DNA of 64,000 nucleotides from Macrostomum lignano. Lineage: Eukaryota. The DNA is taken from contig NIVC01000708.1 of the NCBI GenBank assembly GCA_002269645.1, positions 310,001 to 374,000 on the forward strand, in the 5' to 3' direction. Below the pieces are notes generated by a model. It did no database searches, was not told where the DNA came from, and saw only the letters and a program-made list of their open reading frames with translations. The position numbers and the translations under genes are program-made. Of the stretch, positions 38,402-51,512 are shown one piece after another; the first letter of the stretch is position 1; each line of letters starts with the position of its first letter.

Positions 38402-39974
38402 ATTCCCGTCCCGCTGCAGTTCAACAGTTCAACTGCAAGCTTGGGGCAGCGAGAATAAAATCGATAATTACACGATGCTTATCAGAAGGGGTCGCTAGAT
38501 AATTGCGACACAGCTCACGCATTGCGTTTCATACGCAAAGTACATGGAAGAGCCTTTGGCTGTAACGGTTCAGCTTATCTTTGGCTTAAATTTAATAGTA
38601 GTGAAATTTACTGTTTTGGGAGTTCAATTAAAAAAAGGAGAGCAGCTAGCTTTTTGTCTTTTTGTTTGGCCTTGGAGTTAAACTAAGGGATTGGGAAAGG
38701 GGTGTAGGTGCAACCTTCCGTCACGCGGTCCGCGCTGGGGCCAAATCAAGGGCTTATAGTATAAGGTGAGGGAGGGATGCTTGTAAAAAAGGACGAGCGG
38801 GCCAACCCCCCGCTCCACACCCACCCCCGCCCATAGCACGTCGACCCCCCTCCCAAAAAACTCTCGCAGCCGACCCACCACTAGCGAAGCCCCCTCCTCT
38901 ACCCCAGGCTCCGAGTGTGCAAGCAGGGGCACCCACGCCGGGCGTGATTCACCCCACAGACGCAGCGCACACACATTATTATAACCAAAGCGGCCCAACA
39001 GCGCAGTGAACCAATCAGTGAAGGATTATACACGAAAGAAACGGGACGGGTAGCTCTTGCTCTTTATAGTACTACGAGGCCAACTCCTCCTCCGGAGGAG
39101 AAAGGGGAAGAACTCCCATCACCGGAATCCCATAACCGGAATTCCATTCCCTGAAATCCATTAGCTGAATCTCATGAGCTAAGTCAGTCAGAGTAAGAGT
39201 CACAAAAAGCATTTATGACGTAATCAATTTATCAGGCAGTCGGTGTTAGGCTCATTATAAATTAACTATAAAGTTACGCAATCCAAATCAACCCTCAAAT
39301 ACGTACACAGCGACCTACACTTTCAGTACACAACGCGCAATTAGAAATCTAACTAACGCATTCATTTCTATCAGGTAGTTATACTTCTGTGTGTCTCCGT
39401 TAAATATATTAAAAAAACTAATTCAAAGACATCATTGGGGGGGTGCGCAGGAAACGACCAAATTAAAGGAATAGTATAAGCACGGGTCATTGGCTAAGTA
39501 TTGCATAATTGTTAATTGAGAATTTATGTGCATGTAATACCTTTTCATTACTTATGATGTTTACTAATAGCCTATGAATCGACCGGCTCGTTTGTATTCT
39601 GAATCCTGCGCACCCCGAGTACAGTATGGCATATATTTTTTATTAAAGCAATGCAATTGTGTTATAATAGGGGTGCAAGCAAAGGTGGGGAGAAAGTGGA
39701 AGAAAGTGGAAGTACCTAATAACTTAACTGACAATACTAAAAAATGTGTGAATTGGCCGTTAATATTACACGTGTAACAAAATACATAAATAATTACGAA
39801 CGGCTACTTTGTACATTTAAAAGATTCAGAAAAAATAAGTATGGCAATTAAATCTAAATTGCTAGGAGCCTGAGCATTCTTAGAAGTTCCCCTTATATGT
39901 AATTTATTTAGCAACTCTATCAAGAAACAGTTTTGCCACTACCTAATAGTTTATGTTAAAAGATTTATCAGTCT

Positions 39975-40320
39975 CATTATTTGTCACACTCTCAATTTGG
40001 CACTCAATGTGGCATAAGTATTTTCGCTCGTGAATTCGTCACTCTCAAAATTTATGACTCATAATTTGTCTCTCATAATTTATCACTCTCATAATTCTTC
40101 ACACTCAATTTGACATCCTGAATTTTGCACCCTCATAAGTATTATCGCTCTGAAATTTGTCACTCATAATTTTTCACTCCCTCTCATGATTAATCACTCC
40201 TTCTCATAATTTTTCACCCACTCGCTCTCATAATTTGTCACTCACTCTCATAATTTGTCCCTCACTCTCATAATTTATCACTCACTCTTATAATATGTCA
40301 CTCATATTATATTTCTGTCA
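39975..40320. repeat. Degenerate ~16-18-bp repeat (CTCATAATTTGTCACT)n downstream of the RepHel stop
   Basis: Diverged tandem repeat. Confidence 0.8.
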
Positions 40321-40349
40321 TTTGAGTCAGTTAATTCAATTGAGTCTAA

Positions 40350-43300
40350 TCAGTTCTGCTTGCCGATAAGCTGGCGCAGCACGATGTTTCGCGTCCGTCC
40401 GCCTGGAGCCCGAACTTTAACGCCATCGGCACTCCGCGCACGACTCAGAGCCACGTAGAGCTGGCCATGCTGAAAGCAAGCCGTCGTCAGGTCGACGGCG
40501 TAGGTGCCCAGCGACTGGCCCTGGCTCTTGTGGATGGTCATGGCGAAGCACGGCCGGATCGGGAACTGCAGACGGCGGAAAACAAACGGAACCTCGGTTG
40601 GGCTCGGCTCCTGCGGGATCCGCGGGATGAACACCTGCCGCGAACGGTAGACGCCGGTGGTTACCTCCGCTAGCAGGACGTTGTCACGCAGTTCGCGCAG
40701 CAGCAGCCGAGTCCCATTGCACAGCAGCGGTGGGTCCAGATTCCGCATCATGACGACCGGCATGCCGACCTTCAGCTCCAGTCGGTGATGCGACATACCG
40801 CTGGGGTCCAGCCGGTTCAGCAGCTCCGGCGGAAAATTAGTGGCTGCCGTGTCGTCATTCGGAATCGAGTCGACAGATAAGTAGACTCGACTCTCACCGG
40901 GGAAGAGCGCTAAGCAGGCGGCGTTGGCCTCGTCCACCGTCCTATTGAGTGGCGCCAGGATGCTCCGCTCCGCGAACATCTGGTCACGCTGCGCACTCGG
41001 CTCAAAGGACGGGTAAACGTGCCGGATGAGCTGCTCAGTGGTTGTGTCCTCGGGCAGAAGGATCTCGCTAGGCAAGGAGACCATGCCCTCAACGTCCTCT
41101 GGCAGCTCCCCGTTGCCAACCTGACGGTGAAAAAGACGGTGAAAATTTTACAATTTTTTCCTTCAATTCGCATGCTTAATGAGAGCATAGAAACTCCATA
41201 GATTCTCACCTGCATAAGAAAATCCGCGTAGCTTTGGAGAGCCGAGCCGCCCTCCAGCCGCAGATTCCTTGTGAGCTGGTGCTGCCTGAAGTGCGACCAC
41301 AGCACCGACCGATTCAGGCAGGCTTCAATCGTGTTGGCCTGCGTCCCTCCGGGCACAACAGCAAGCAACTGGCGAAAGTCGCCAGCCAGCACCAGCAGCG
41401 CTCCCCCGAACGGCTGCCCACCGTACAGCAAATCCCGCAGAGTACGCTCGACGATCTCGAGGTCTTTGCGGTGCGTCATCGGAGCCTCGTCCCACACGAT
41501 GAGGCGGGCGTTCCGCAGAATCTCCGCCAATTTGCTCCGCCTGCCGATGGAGCAGAAGGCGCTGTCCTGCCGTACAGCGCAGACGGGGATCTTGAACCTG
41601 TAGGCAGGTATCGCGAGGATTTTCAATTGTGAGGATAAATTAGGCTTGCCTTTCTGTGCTTAAAAATGAACCGTTTATAAAATGATTGATGCAGACACAA
41701 AACTCACATCGAGTGGGCGGTCCGACCTCCGGGAAGAATAGTCGCCGCGATGCCCGATGACGCGACGGCAACAGCAATTAGACGCCTTGCTCGAACCGAC
41801 TTCAGCAGAAGCGTGAGCAGGAACGTCTTGCCTGTGCCTCCAGGAGCGTCAATAAAATGCAGCCCGCCGCCACCGGCCGTCAGATTGGACTGCACGGCCT
41901 CGAAGACAGCTCGCTGCTCGTCAGTCAGAGTAGCGACCAGCGCATCCACTTCAGACTGCAGCTCAGCAGCTTCTTGCGGCGTCGGCAGGCAGTCAGAAAG
42001 AAGCCGAGTCTGGATATTGAGAAGAAGCTGTCATCAGTAAGCTATTAAAGGTTAAAAATATCAACAGTCAGTGTGCATAGCAGTGAGTTCATTTACTTGA
42101 TCCGCTTCTGCCGGTGGTTCAGGAAGGCCGTAGGCAGACAGCTCGGATCCGCCCATCCGCTCCAGCCGCTTCTGCAGCGACCGCAGCACTTCGGCCCTAG
42201 CAGCCTCGGCGCTCAAGCCCTGATGCAGCAGGTCGCCAGCCATCTCGCGGGAAAACTCCTCCCAGAGCTTGGCGGGGTCGCTGGGATCGCCGTGCGCCAA
42301 AATTGCGGCAAAAAGTCGGCGCAGAGCAGCAGGCATCCGCGTCTGGGCGGCCTCGTACAGACACAGCTGCCAGTGCCTGTCGTCTTCCAGCAGTCCGCGA
42401 GCCTGGCAGGCGGCCTTGAAGGTCGGCAGCAGGACTCCGTCAACAGTGCGCAGAGCCTCGAACGAAGTCGGGCCGCGCACATTCACCAGCAGCAGGCGCA
42501 GGTAAAAACAGTCGCCCATCCGAGGACTGACTGTATAGATGCGGCCGATGTTGCTGGTCGTCAGAACATCGGCTGGCTGATCAGCAGCGACTCGGCCGCG
42601 ACCTGCGCGATGCCACTGGTGCGCCCTGGGGTCCCAGGTGAAGTGCCGGGGTACCTCCTGGTACAGCAGACCTCGGGCGATTTCGTCATGGCGACAGAGC
42701 TGGGCGGGTAGGAACAGGAAAGTGGGCGGGTAGAAACAGGAAGGAGGAATAAATTGAACAAATTGCACTTCGAGCAAAACTCACATCGAAGAAGGCGGTC
42801 AAAGTCGTGGCCTTGGGCGTAGCAGCAACAGCCTGAGCTGTCTCGTCAGTGAAAAAGACCCGCTGCTCGTCCTTAAGATGAACCGCGAGCCTGATCACAG
42901 GCGGGTATCGGCTGTGCACCTCGAAGCCCAGGATGGTGTTAACCGCCTCCATTGGACCGATGAACCTGCCCAGTAGGTATTCGTCGATCTCGTCGATCTT
43001 GCGTCGCTTTGCGGAAGTCGCAGCAGCAGCAGCAGCAGTCCCAGTCGACGTGGACGGACCGGCGATCGCCAGTGGTCCTTCAGTGGCCGAATCAGCGCTG
43101 GCATTCGCAGCAGCCGCCGACTCCTTGCGGATCTGGTATGCTGCCATGTCGCTACCCTTGGTGATGTACTTCACCACGTACTTGATGGCCCGAACTGTCG
43201 CGCAGATCTCGACATTCAGGTGACAGCGAAACTCGCGCAGCAGCGCTGGGCAGTACGGCACCACCCAGCGGTTGTCAAAGGTGAACATCACCCTTTGACC

Positions 43301-46300
43301 GCCGCGCAGCTTTGCGAGCTTCGTCACCGTGAAGCCGCCCATCTCGACGGATCTGCGGCAGTAATGCGGGTAGCCATCCTCCTCCACCTTCGTGGCGGCC
43401 AGGAACTCCCTCGGGTAGCGCTTGCTGCACCTGCCTTTCTCCATGCACGCCGCGGCAGAGTTGAGCTGCTGACCACAGGGACCGTGCAGCATGTTCTCCG
43501 CCACCAGCTGATGCAGGTCGGCGTCGGCGACAGGGTCCGGGATCTCCGCGCTGATGACGGCGTCGTACTGATCCGGCTTCAGCTTGTTCGCCAGCCAAAG
43601 CAGCGCGTGCACGTGGGGAAGACCTGGATGTAGATAAAATTAAAAACTCTATTGAAATTTACGAAATTATTGAGGCGACAGTTAATGCAACATTTAAATG
43701 TTAAAATTTTCAAAAGTTCATACAAATTTCCCACTTGCCTCGCTTCTGGTACTCCAGCGAGCAGACTCGTGCCAGAGTATCTCCAAACAGACTCTTCAGC
43801 CTGTTTAGGAAGGCCTTCTTTTTCAGCTCGAACACCCGGGCGGTGATGTCCGGCCGATCGACGGCAGTCTGTCCTGGGAGCAGCTCGGCCAGAATTTCCG
43901 GCCACTTCGGGTTGCATGTCATCGTCAGAAACAGGTCTGGGCGGCCAAAGGCGTGAACATACGCCATGGCATCCTGCTGACGCTCCAGACGGTACCGTGG
44001 ACCTCCCACGTAGCTGGAAGTAAGAATGACACGCTTCCCGACTTCCTCCGGCCTGCCGTCGTCCTCGTGCAGTGCGTCTCGGAGACCCCGAAGACTTTCC
44101 GACACCAGATCCTTTTGGTGCAGTCGGATGTACGTAAGTCGCTCGGACTCGATCTTAGCAGCCTGGTCCACCAGGTACTGCTGGAAGAGCCGGCGACCGT
44201 ACAGCAGGCTGTTGAACTGGCCTGGGCGCACCTGGATCATGAAGGCGTAATACTTCATGATAGTGATGCCACGATCCTGCTTGAGTCCGATGCTCCAGCC
44301 GTCCTCACCAAATGGGAACAGCAGGACGTACTCCAAGGGATCGTAGGAGCGGTGGGTGTCACAGATGCTCTGGAGGCCTGTGAATCAAAAATGATGAATG
44401 GGCGAATTCTCATTTTTTAAATGCAAATACAGCAACTAAATTAATGAAGCAGAATGCTTGAGTTTTCCAATTCACACAAAAGCAAGAGATAATAAATTGC
44501 TTCAATATTTAAGCGATACATGTGCATTATCACATAAAGAAGCGCAAAAGTCTGAGTCTTTTTAAGAAAATGATTTAAATGCCTGTATTAACAAATAAAA
44601 AAGTTTAACATAATTTCGGGATGCAGAACTCACCACCGCCCCTCAGACGCAAAATCACGTCCCGCCGTCGCGTCTGGGCTGTGCCTTCGGTATCGTCAAG
44701 GTCCGTCAGGATGCCGACTTCACTGCACTCGGGCAAATTGAAGCGTCTGGCATGCTCCCCTGATGGACGGGCATCGGGGTTGATGACGACCTTGGCGCTT
44801 TGCAGCTGAGGGTCGTTGCGGAGCAAGTCAACGGCGGACTTGAGGCTGCGCACGTAGCTGTTGCACGCATGCAGCATGGCTTGCAGCTCTTCAAGCAGAC
44901 GACCGCTCAGTCCGGTGGCCCACTGCAGCCGGTTTTGCAGCTCCTGGTCCACAAAAAAGACCTGGCAGAACCTGGCCTCATCCCCCGGATCCGGCAACAG
45001 GCTGCCGATCCGATGGTGCATCTGACCATGGAGGATGAAGCTCGGGTTCCAGCCGGGCTGCTCATGCTGCTTGGCACCGAGTGAGGTCATGTGGAGCGCG
45101 CCATTGTACTTCCTGATGTCCTTCAGGAACTGCGAACTGTCCGGGTGCTGGCCAGTCAGAAGCCGCTTCAGGACATCAGGGGGGTCACGGCGGGGCTCCA
45201 GGACGGTCTGAGTTGAATTAAAGTAAAAATTGAAGTTGAAAAGTTGAGTTTGTGAACCTAACTTTCGATTACGTGTAGAATTTAGTGTATCGCCTTTAGC
45301 TTCTTAGTGATAAGTGATTTCAAAGAAATATTGGATTTCTTAGCTTTATGTGAAGTCGGGCTGTACCAGGTTTTATACAGTAAAATTAATTTTATACAAA
45401 GATCGACATAAAAAGGCATCAATGAGGCACCAATTCGAGTACACCAAATAAAAAATGTCAACTCACCTTTCCAGCACGGCAGCAAATGCTAGCTGGCTCG
45501 TCCTTCCAGCGTAGCGCGCTGCAGTGCGGACATTGGCGGTCCATGCGACCGAGCACATGTGGCTGGTGTGCCAGCTCCAGCAGCCTGTGGCAATGAAAGA
45601 AAGAGCATTTTAATCATGACTCCTTCTTGAAAATCCAGATCTACATGCAGAAAGTTTAATAGTCTCAGAGAATGAGCAGCCGCACATAAGGTGACCAGAC
45701 ATTTCGTCAAATATCTTTTCGTTAAATAGTCAGTTTGTCAGTTCGTCAAATAGTGTGGTAAATACATGTGTGCGAGGAAGGGAAGTATAACGCTTGTTTA
45801 AAGTGAAGTGTTTCTAAGAAAAACCTATTTTAATTTAAAAAACTTATTTTCAAAGCAAATCCAATCTATCTTAGAAACCCATCGCTTAAAGCAAATCCAT
45901 TATTTCTTAGAAACCCATCGCTTAGACAAAAAGTTGTAAAGTCTATCTTAAATATATTTATCTTGACTTAGCAGGACATTATATTACTAACTTAGAAAAC
46001 TATATTTTAACTTAAATTTAAAATAAAAGGGGCTCTATTTTATCAATCGATTGACGAAATGACGAAATGACTGTTTGAATAGCGGAATAAAATATAAGAA
46101 CCCCTTATACCTGTCTCGGCGCCAATCTGCCTGTGCGTGTAGACGGCCTTCGCGGTCGTCAGCAGACTCAGCCGCGCGATGCGCACTCTGGCGCTGCCGC
46201 TGCGCCTCCAAGCGACGCAGATGGACCACGTCGTCCTCCGCTTTACGGCATTCGGCTGTGCGCAGTCGATCCGCCTCAAGGCGATGCTGGCGATCAACTT

Positions 46301-46724
46301 CGCCTTCAGCCTCACGGCATTCGGCTGTGCGCAGTCGATCCGCCTCAAGGCGATGCTGGTGCTCAACTTCGCCTTCAGCCTCACGGCATTCGGCTGTGCG
46401 CAGTCGATCCGCCTCAAGGCGATGCTGGCGCTCAACTTCGCCTTCAGCCTCACGGCATTCGGCTGTGCGCAGTCGATCCGCCTCAAGGCGATGCTGGCGC
46501 TCAACTTCGCCTTCAGCCTCACGGCATTCGGCTGTGCGCAGTCGATCCGCCTCAAGGCGATGCTGGCGCTCAACTTCGCCTTCAGCCTCACGGCATTCGG
46601 CTGTACGCAGTCGAGTCGCCTTAAGGCGATGCTGGCGCTCGTCGGGTGTCTCCGACGCCCTGCGCTTCTTGGCTGCCGATGCAGCGCGCGTTGAACGGGA
46701 AATATTTCCGCGTTTCGGTGGCAT
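40350..46724 (-). CDS. Helitron Rep/Pif1 helicase transposase (RepHel), 9 exons, 1621 aa, no stops or frameshifts
   Basis: Exons 46724-46111, 45584-45467, 45207-44634, 44377-43739, 43623-42785, 42699-42097, 42027-41708, 41597-41210, 41120-40350 (4866 nt). Contains 23-aa STPR-like repeats, Zn-finger-like CPHCSALRWKDEPASICC, Rep motifs FLTMTCNPKWPEI / EYQKRGLPHVH / YVVKYITKG, and Pif1 motifs DAPGGTGKT, GRTAHS, WDEAPM, GDFRQL, CNGTRL, AMTIHKSQGQSL, QLYVALSR. Confidence 0.95.
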
Positions 46725-47446
46725 TTTAAGGAAATAGTAAATAGAATAGAAAAGGAAAAAAGAGCAAAAAAGATGCAAATAGCAAAATCAGCAAATCAGA
46801 TTAGAGAAATCTGTTATATGGAAAGAAAAAAACCTGAATTGAAAATTCGCCTCCTTAAGAAGCGCCCAGGCCCCAGTGTACACGATAATAATCAATAAAA
46901 AAGAGCCTCAAGAGCCCGCCAGTCTGTCCGCCCAGCCAATGCAAGGGGCTGACTAAACGCGCCGATAATAAAACCAATTGAATCTCGACAGTCCTATCTA
47001 TCTGTTTACACTGTACAACTGCTATGTACACTCAGCCCAAGCCCAACCCCCGTTCTGGGGGAAGCGTTAGATTTAACTCTACCCCCCAACACGCGGGGGG
47101 TTTTATTTGCATTGAACCCAGAACACGCGCACCCACCACCCCTCAATACACAGCGGCCCGCGGGCGGAGGTTGGGGTGGCTATTTTTACAAACTGGCTGC
47201 AGCCCCAGGCAGAGTAGCCAAAGAAGGTTATTGGGGGTTAAAAAAGCAGTTTTCTGCTTTTTAGGGATGTTAAAGTGTGAAAATTAAAAATTAAAATAGC
47301 CTAAAGCCTGCTCCGGAAAATTTGCAGTTTTCCCATATAAGTTTCAACGCTGACTTGGCAGAATTGTAGGAGTTCACTTACAACATACAGACAGACAGAC
47401 AGACAGACAAACATCGCGTCGGTTTTAGTATTAGGATTCGTATAAA

Positions 47447-47829
47447 TCTAAATATACTAAATCTCTAATATTTGTATGCTTGCTTGCTTGTCCATATAGT
47501 ACTATTCCTATTCGTATAAAAGGTGACAAAAATGCAGACTTCACATTGGGTAACAGCTGGCCAACCTCACTTTTTTCTATCCCTTCGCCACAATAGAAAA
47601 TTTGGATGGAAAATTAATCGGCTGATCTGTTTTCGTTATATGAAACCAATTTGAATAATAAATGCCAAATGACAACATTTTTCTTTGCTTGTGGTGGGAG
47701 TTTTCAGCCATTACATAAATTAAATATAAATTTGTTGAGACTGGGACCGAAAACGTCCACAAAATTTGAGCTCACCAACGTGGCTGGCTACCGGAAATGA
47801 ACTCGAATTTACAAAACTTCAATAGCTAG
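47447..47829 (+). mobile_element. Putative short non-autonomous Helitron
   Basis: A|TCTAAATATACTAAATCTC...GTATGCTTGCTTGCTTG 5' end resembling the neighbouring element's 5' end; ends CTAG|T at 47829; no clear subterminal hairpin. Confidence 0.45.
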
Positions 47830-49721
47830 TGCCTAGTAGCTCTAAGCTGGCAAGAGGGACCGCCCCCCTCCAAAGGCTGACAAAAGATTTGGTGGCCATT
47901 TTGATTTCGCGCTCCCTTCAAAGCAGTCTTGGCGCCCCGTTCCCCAGTTTCAGCAGTTCCCAACTGACTCTGACTCCCAGAGACTACCCCCTCCCCCATG
48001 TGTGAGACTTATCGACGCAATGATGCATAAAGTGAAAAAACTAAGGGTCGAAGTTCGCACCGAATTCGGGCCAAGAAAAACAATCTCAGATCAGCTCTCT
48101 CAAATCAGACAGAACTGGAATAATACTAGTACTGTTTGTGCCATTAATATCGCATCAATCTACAAGTGGATTCTTCTGCCTATGTCGCACAAGTGGCACC
48201 ACCCACCAGTTTGGCTTACAACTTGGACCCGAAATAAAATATATGCATGTTTACGCTGTCTTGCTGTAACCAAGTTAATAAAGTAATAAAAAACATAAAT
48301 TGCTACTTTTTCTACTCTATCAGTAGACTGTTGATGATTTTTTGGGAAAAAATCCGATGCATGCTGTTTGGTCATCAAACCACTAGGCCTAGACTCTGGA
48401 GGGATGCGGTTCGATAATTTTCATCCTTTTAGAAGAGCCTGTGTTGGGAGAAAATTATCCTCAGTTCGAATGTGCCCGTATATTCCAATATGACGGAAGC
48501 TCTCTGGGTTGCTAAGGCGCAAAATGGACTGCACAATGAGCTGAACGCGATGATATCAATCTGGATTTCCCAGCAGCGCCATCTTGCCTCATCAAACTCA
48601 TTGTTTCGAGCATTTAGGGCCGGGAGAAAAATCCCCCAACCTCCTATCCCCGATCGCGTGCAGATTTCCCAACCATCCTTCCCCTCTACTTTTTTCCCAC
48701 TTTCCCCGAGACCCTTTTAATAGGTGACGCAACCGCTGGTGACGGGGAAGGCTGTGGGCGATTATTAATGAGGCATGCGATGGCAAATTGAGGGATGAAG
48801 CCCACTGCCAAGCGGTTCGGGTTTAGGCTAGGGGGATATAGAACTGCCCCGGGAGCTCAGCATGCGACGGTCGTATTGAGACTGTGGGGAATTGGAATTG
48901 AAATTCTAATTCCAATCTATGGTACCCAATCTAGCGCCAAATCTATAGCGCAAACTCTATAGCGACAAATCTATGGCGCCAAATCTATAGCGCAAACTCT
49001 ATAGCGCCAAATCTATGGCGCCAAATCCATAGGTTTCAGTTCATCCATCCAGTCAGTCAGTCTGTCAGCTGTCAAAGCTGACCTGACAAAAAAGGCAACA
49101 TCTATAACTGCAGCTTCAATGCGAGCTACTCGCTCGGTTGCTAGGGCACCCAGGCGACCTTTGGCATTCGCAGAGTTTCCGCAGATATCAAAGCATTTCT
49201 TCAGACGCAAGAGTTTATGCACGCGCAGTGCCAGTTTCCCATGCTTCCATATTCCTCCCAAACGGGGAACTGCCGAGGAAGACAGGAGAAAAAAGCTTAC
49301 AGAGCGTGAAGTTAATTAATGCTGACTGTGACAATGCGCAGCGGGAATGGGATCTGAGGATCCTAGGAGAAATTGAAAAACTATTCCTGCTTTTTTGGGT
49401 GGCCGGTTTTCCTTTTTTTCTATTTTCAATAGCATCGGTCCTGAAGGTGTGCGCCGCGCCGAAATCCCCGGAGGACCGCAGTTTCGTCGTCCGCAAATTA
49501 TTGAGGAAAAATGCCGCCACCCTTGCCATATACTGTAGCTGTTCGAACTGCGGAATCCCATTAATTTTCCCCCCGCCCGCGCCGGCCATATCTGAGGGAC
49601 AGCTGCGCCCGTTGCCGAGTGCCATCTAACTAAACTGGCTTGGGGGCTGCGTACGGCCTTGTTCTAATTAATTCCTTGACACTACACCGATGTTGCTGGC
49701 ATTCCTGACCCCTGAGACTTC

Positions 49722-50460
<739 letters not shown>

Positions 50461-50879
50461 CCAGGTGTCCTGAGGCCAATCCATCACAGCTACAGTGGCA
50501 TCTGTCTCTCTGCGCAGATTCTCTCCTGGAAGCAATTTCCGAAGGCCTGAAGAAAAACTACAGTCATAGGAGCAGCTGTGACATCGCGACTATCACGCGT
50601 GACGAGCTTCCAGGGACTGGCCAGATCCTATCTCTGTCCTTTCTTTCTTTATAGGCTTCTTTTTTGTTCCCAAAATCCTAAAGCCAGGCAAGCCACCGAT
50701 GCGTCATTTTAGACGGCTCTCCTCTGCGCGTTTTTTGTCTTTTTTTCTGCTTTTAAAAGTCACGGCCTGCTCGGCTGACTGCAGCAGGTGAACTCTCTGC
50801 TCCACTGTCTGGCGACTGGCGATTCTTTGTTGTCTTTGCTGTGAGAATGGATGGGTTGGGAAGGTGGGTGAATGTGGCG

Positions 50880-51512
50880 TGAGAGAGGAGAGAATGGAGA
50901 GAGTGAAGAGAGCGGAGAGAGCGGAGAGTGGAGAGAGCGGAGAGCGGAGAGAGCGGAGAGAGTGGAGAGAGCGGAGAGAGCGGAGAGTGGAGAGAGCGGA
51001 TAGAGTGGAGAGAGCGGAGAGCGGAGAGAGCGGAGAGCGGAGAGAGCAGACAGAGCAGAGAGAGCGGAGAGAGCGGAGAGAGCGGAGAGAGCAGAGAGAG
51101 CGGAGAGTGGAGAGAGCGGAGAGAGCGGAGAGCGGAGAGAGCAGACAGAGCAGAGAGAGCGGAGAGAGCGGAGAGAGCGGAGAGAGCAGAGAGAGCGGAG
51201 AGAGCGGAGAGTGGAGAGAGCGGAGAGTGGAGAGAGCGGAGAGTGGAGAGAGCGGAGAGCGGAGAGAGCGGAGAGAGCAGAGAGAGCGGAGAGTGGAGAG
51301 AGCGGAGAGAGCGGAGAGAGCGGAGAGCGGAGAGAGCAGACAGAGCAGAGAGAGCGGAGAGAGCGGAGAGAGCGGAGAGAGCAGAGAGAGCGGAGAGAGC
51401 GGAGAGAGCGGAGAGAGCAGAGAGAGCGGAGAGAACGGAGAGAGCGGAGAGAGCAGAGAGAGCGGAGAGAGCGGAGAAAGCAGAGAGAGCGGAGAGAGCG
51501 GAGAGAGCAGAG
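50880..51512. repeat. GA-rich 9-bp repeat (GAGAGCGGA)n
   Basis: Direct tandem repeat. Confidence 0.93.

Larger units (their letters stand above)
39072..47436 (-). mobile_element. Autonomous Helitron (rolling-circle transposon)
   Basis: 5' end A|TCCTAATACTAAAACC...GTTTGTCTGTCTG at 47436 (TC terminus, typical 5' microsatellite); encodes a full RepHel ORF. The 3' boundary is uncertain: 39072 is only a candidate (GC palindrome at 39087-39100 followed by GTAG|T, not canonical CTRR). Confidence 0.88.

Noticed and set aside
38880-38946. A|CTAG at ~38880 as the Helitron 3' end
   Set aside because: The nearest hairpin (CACGCC-G-GGCGTG) is about 50 nt away rather than 10-15 nt, and this is probably ptc promoter sequence.
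39440-39616. 13-bp inverted repeat GGGGTGCGCAGGA / TCCTGCGCACCCC
   Set aside because: No TSD could be identified; at most a decayed MITE.
48460-48475. GTTCGAAT B-box-like motif (similar motifs near 17880 and 28290)
   Set aside because: No A-box or cloverleaf, so no tRNA or SINE is supported.
49013-49625. Two minus-strand ORFs joinable by a 31-nt GT-AG intron into a protein of about 190 aa
   Set aside because: No recognisable motif, the intron is unusually short and the stop falls in a repeat; it would need RNA-seq support.
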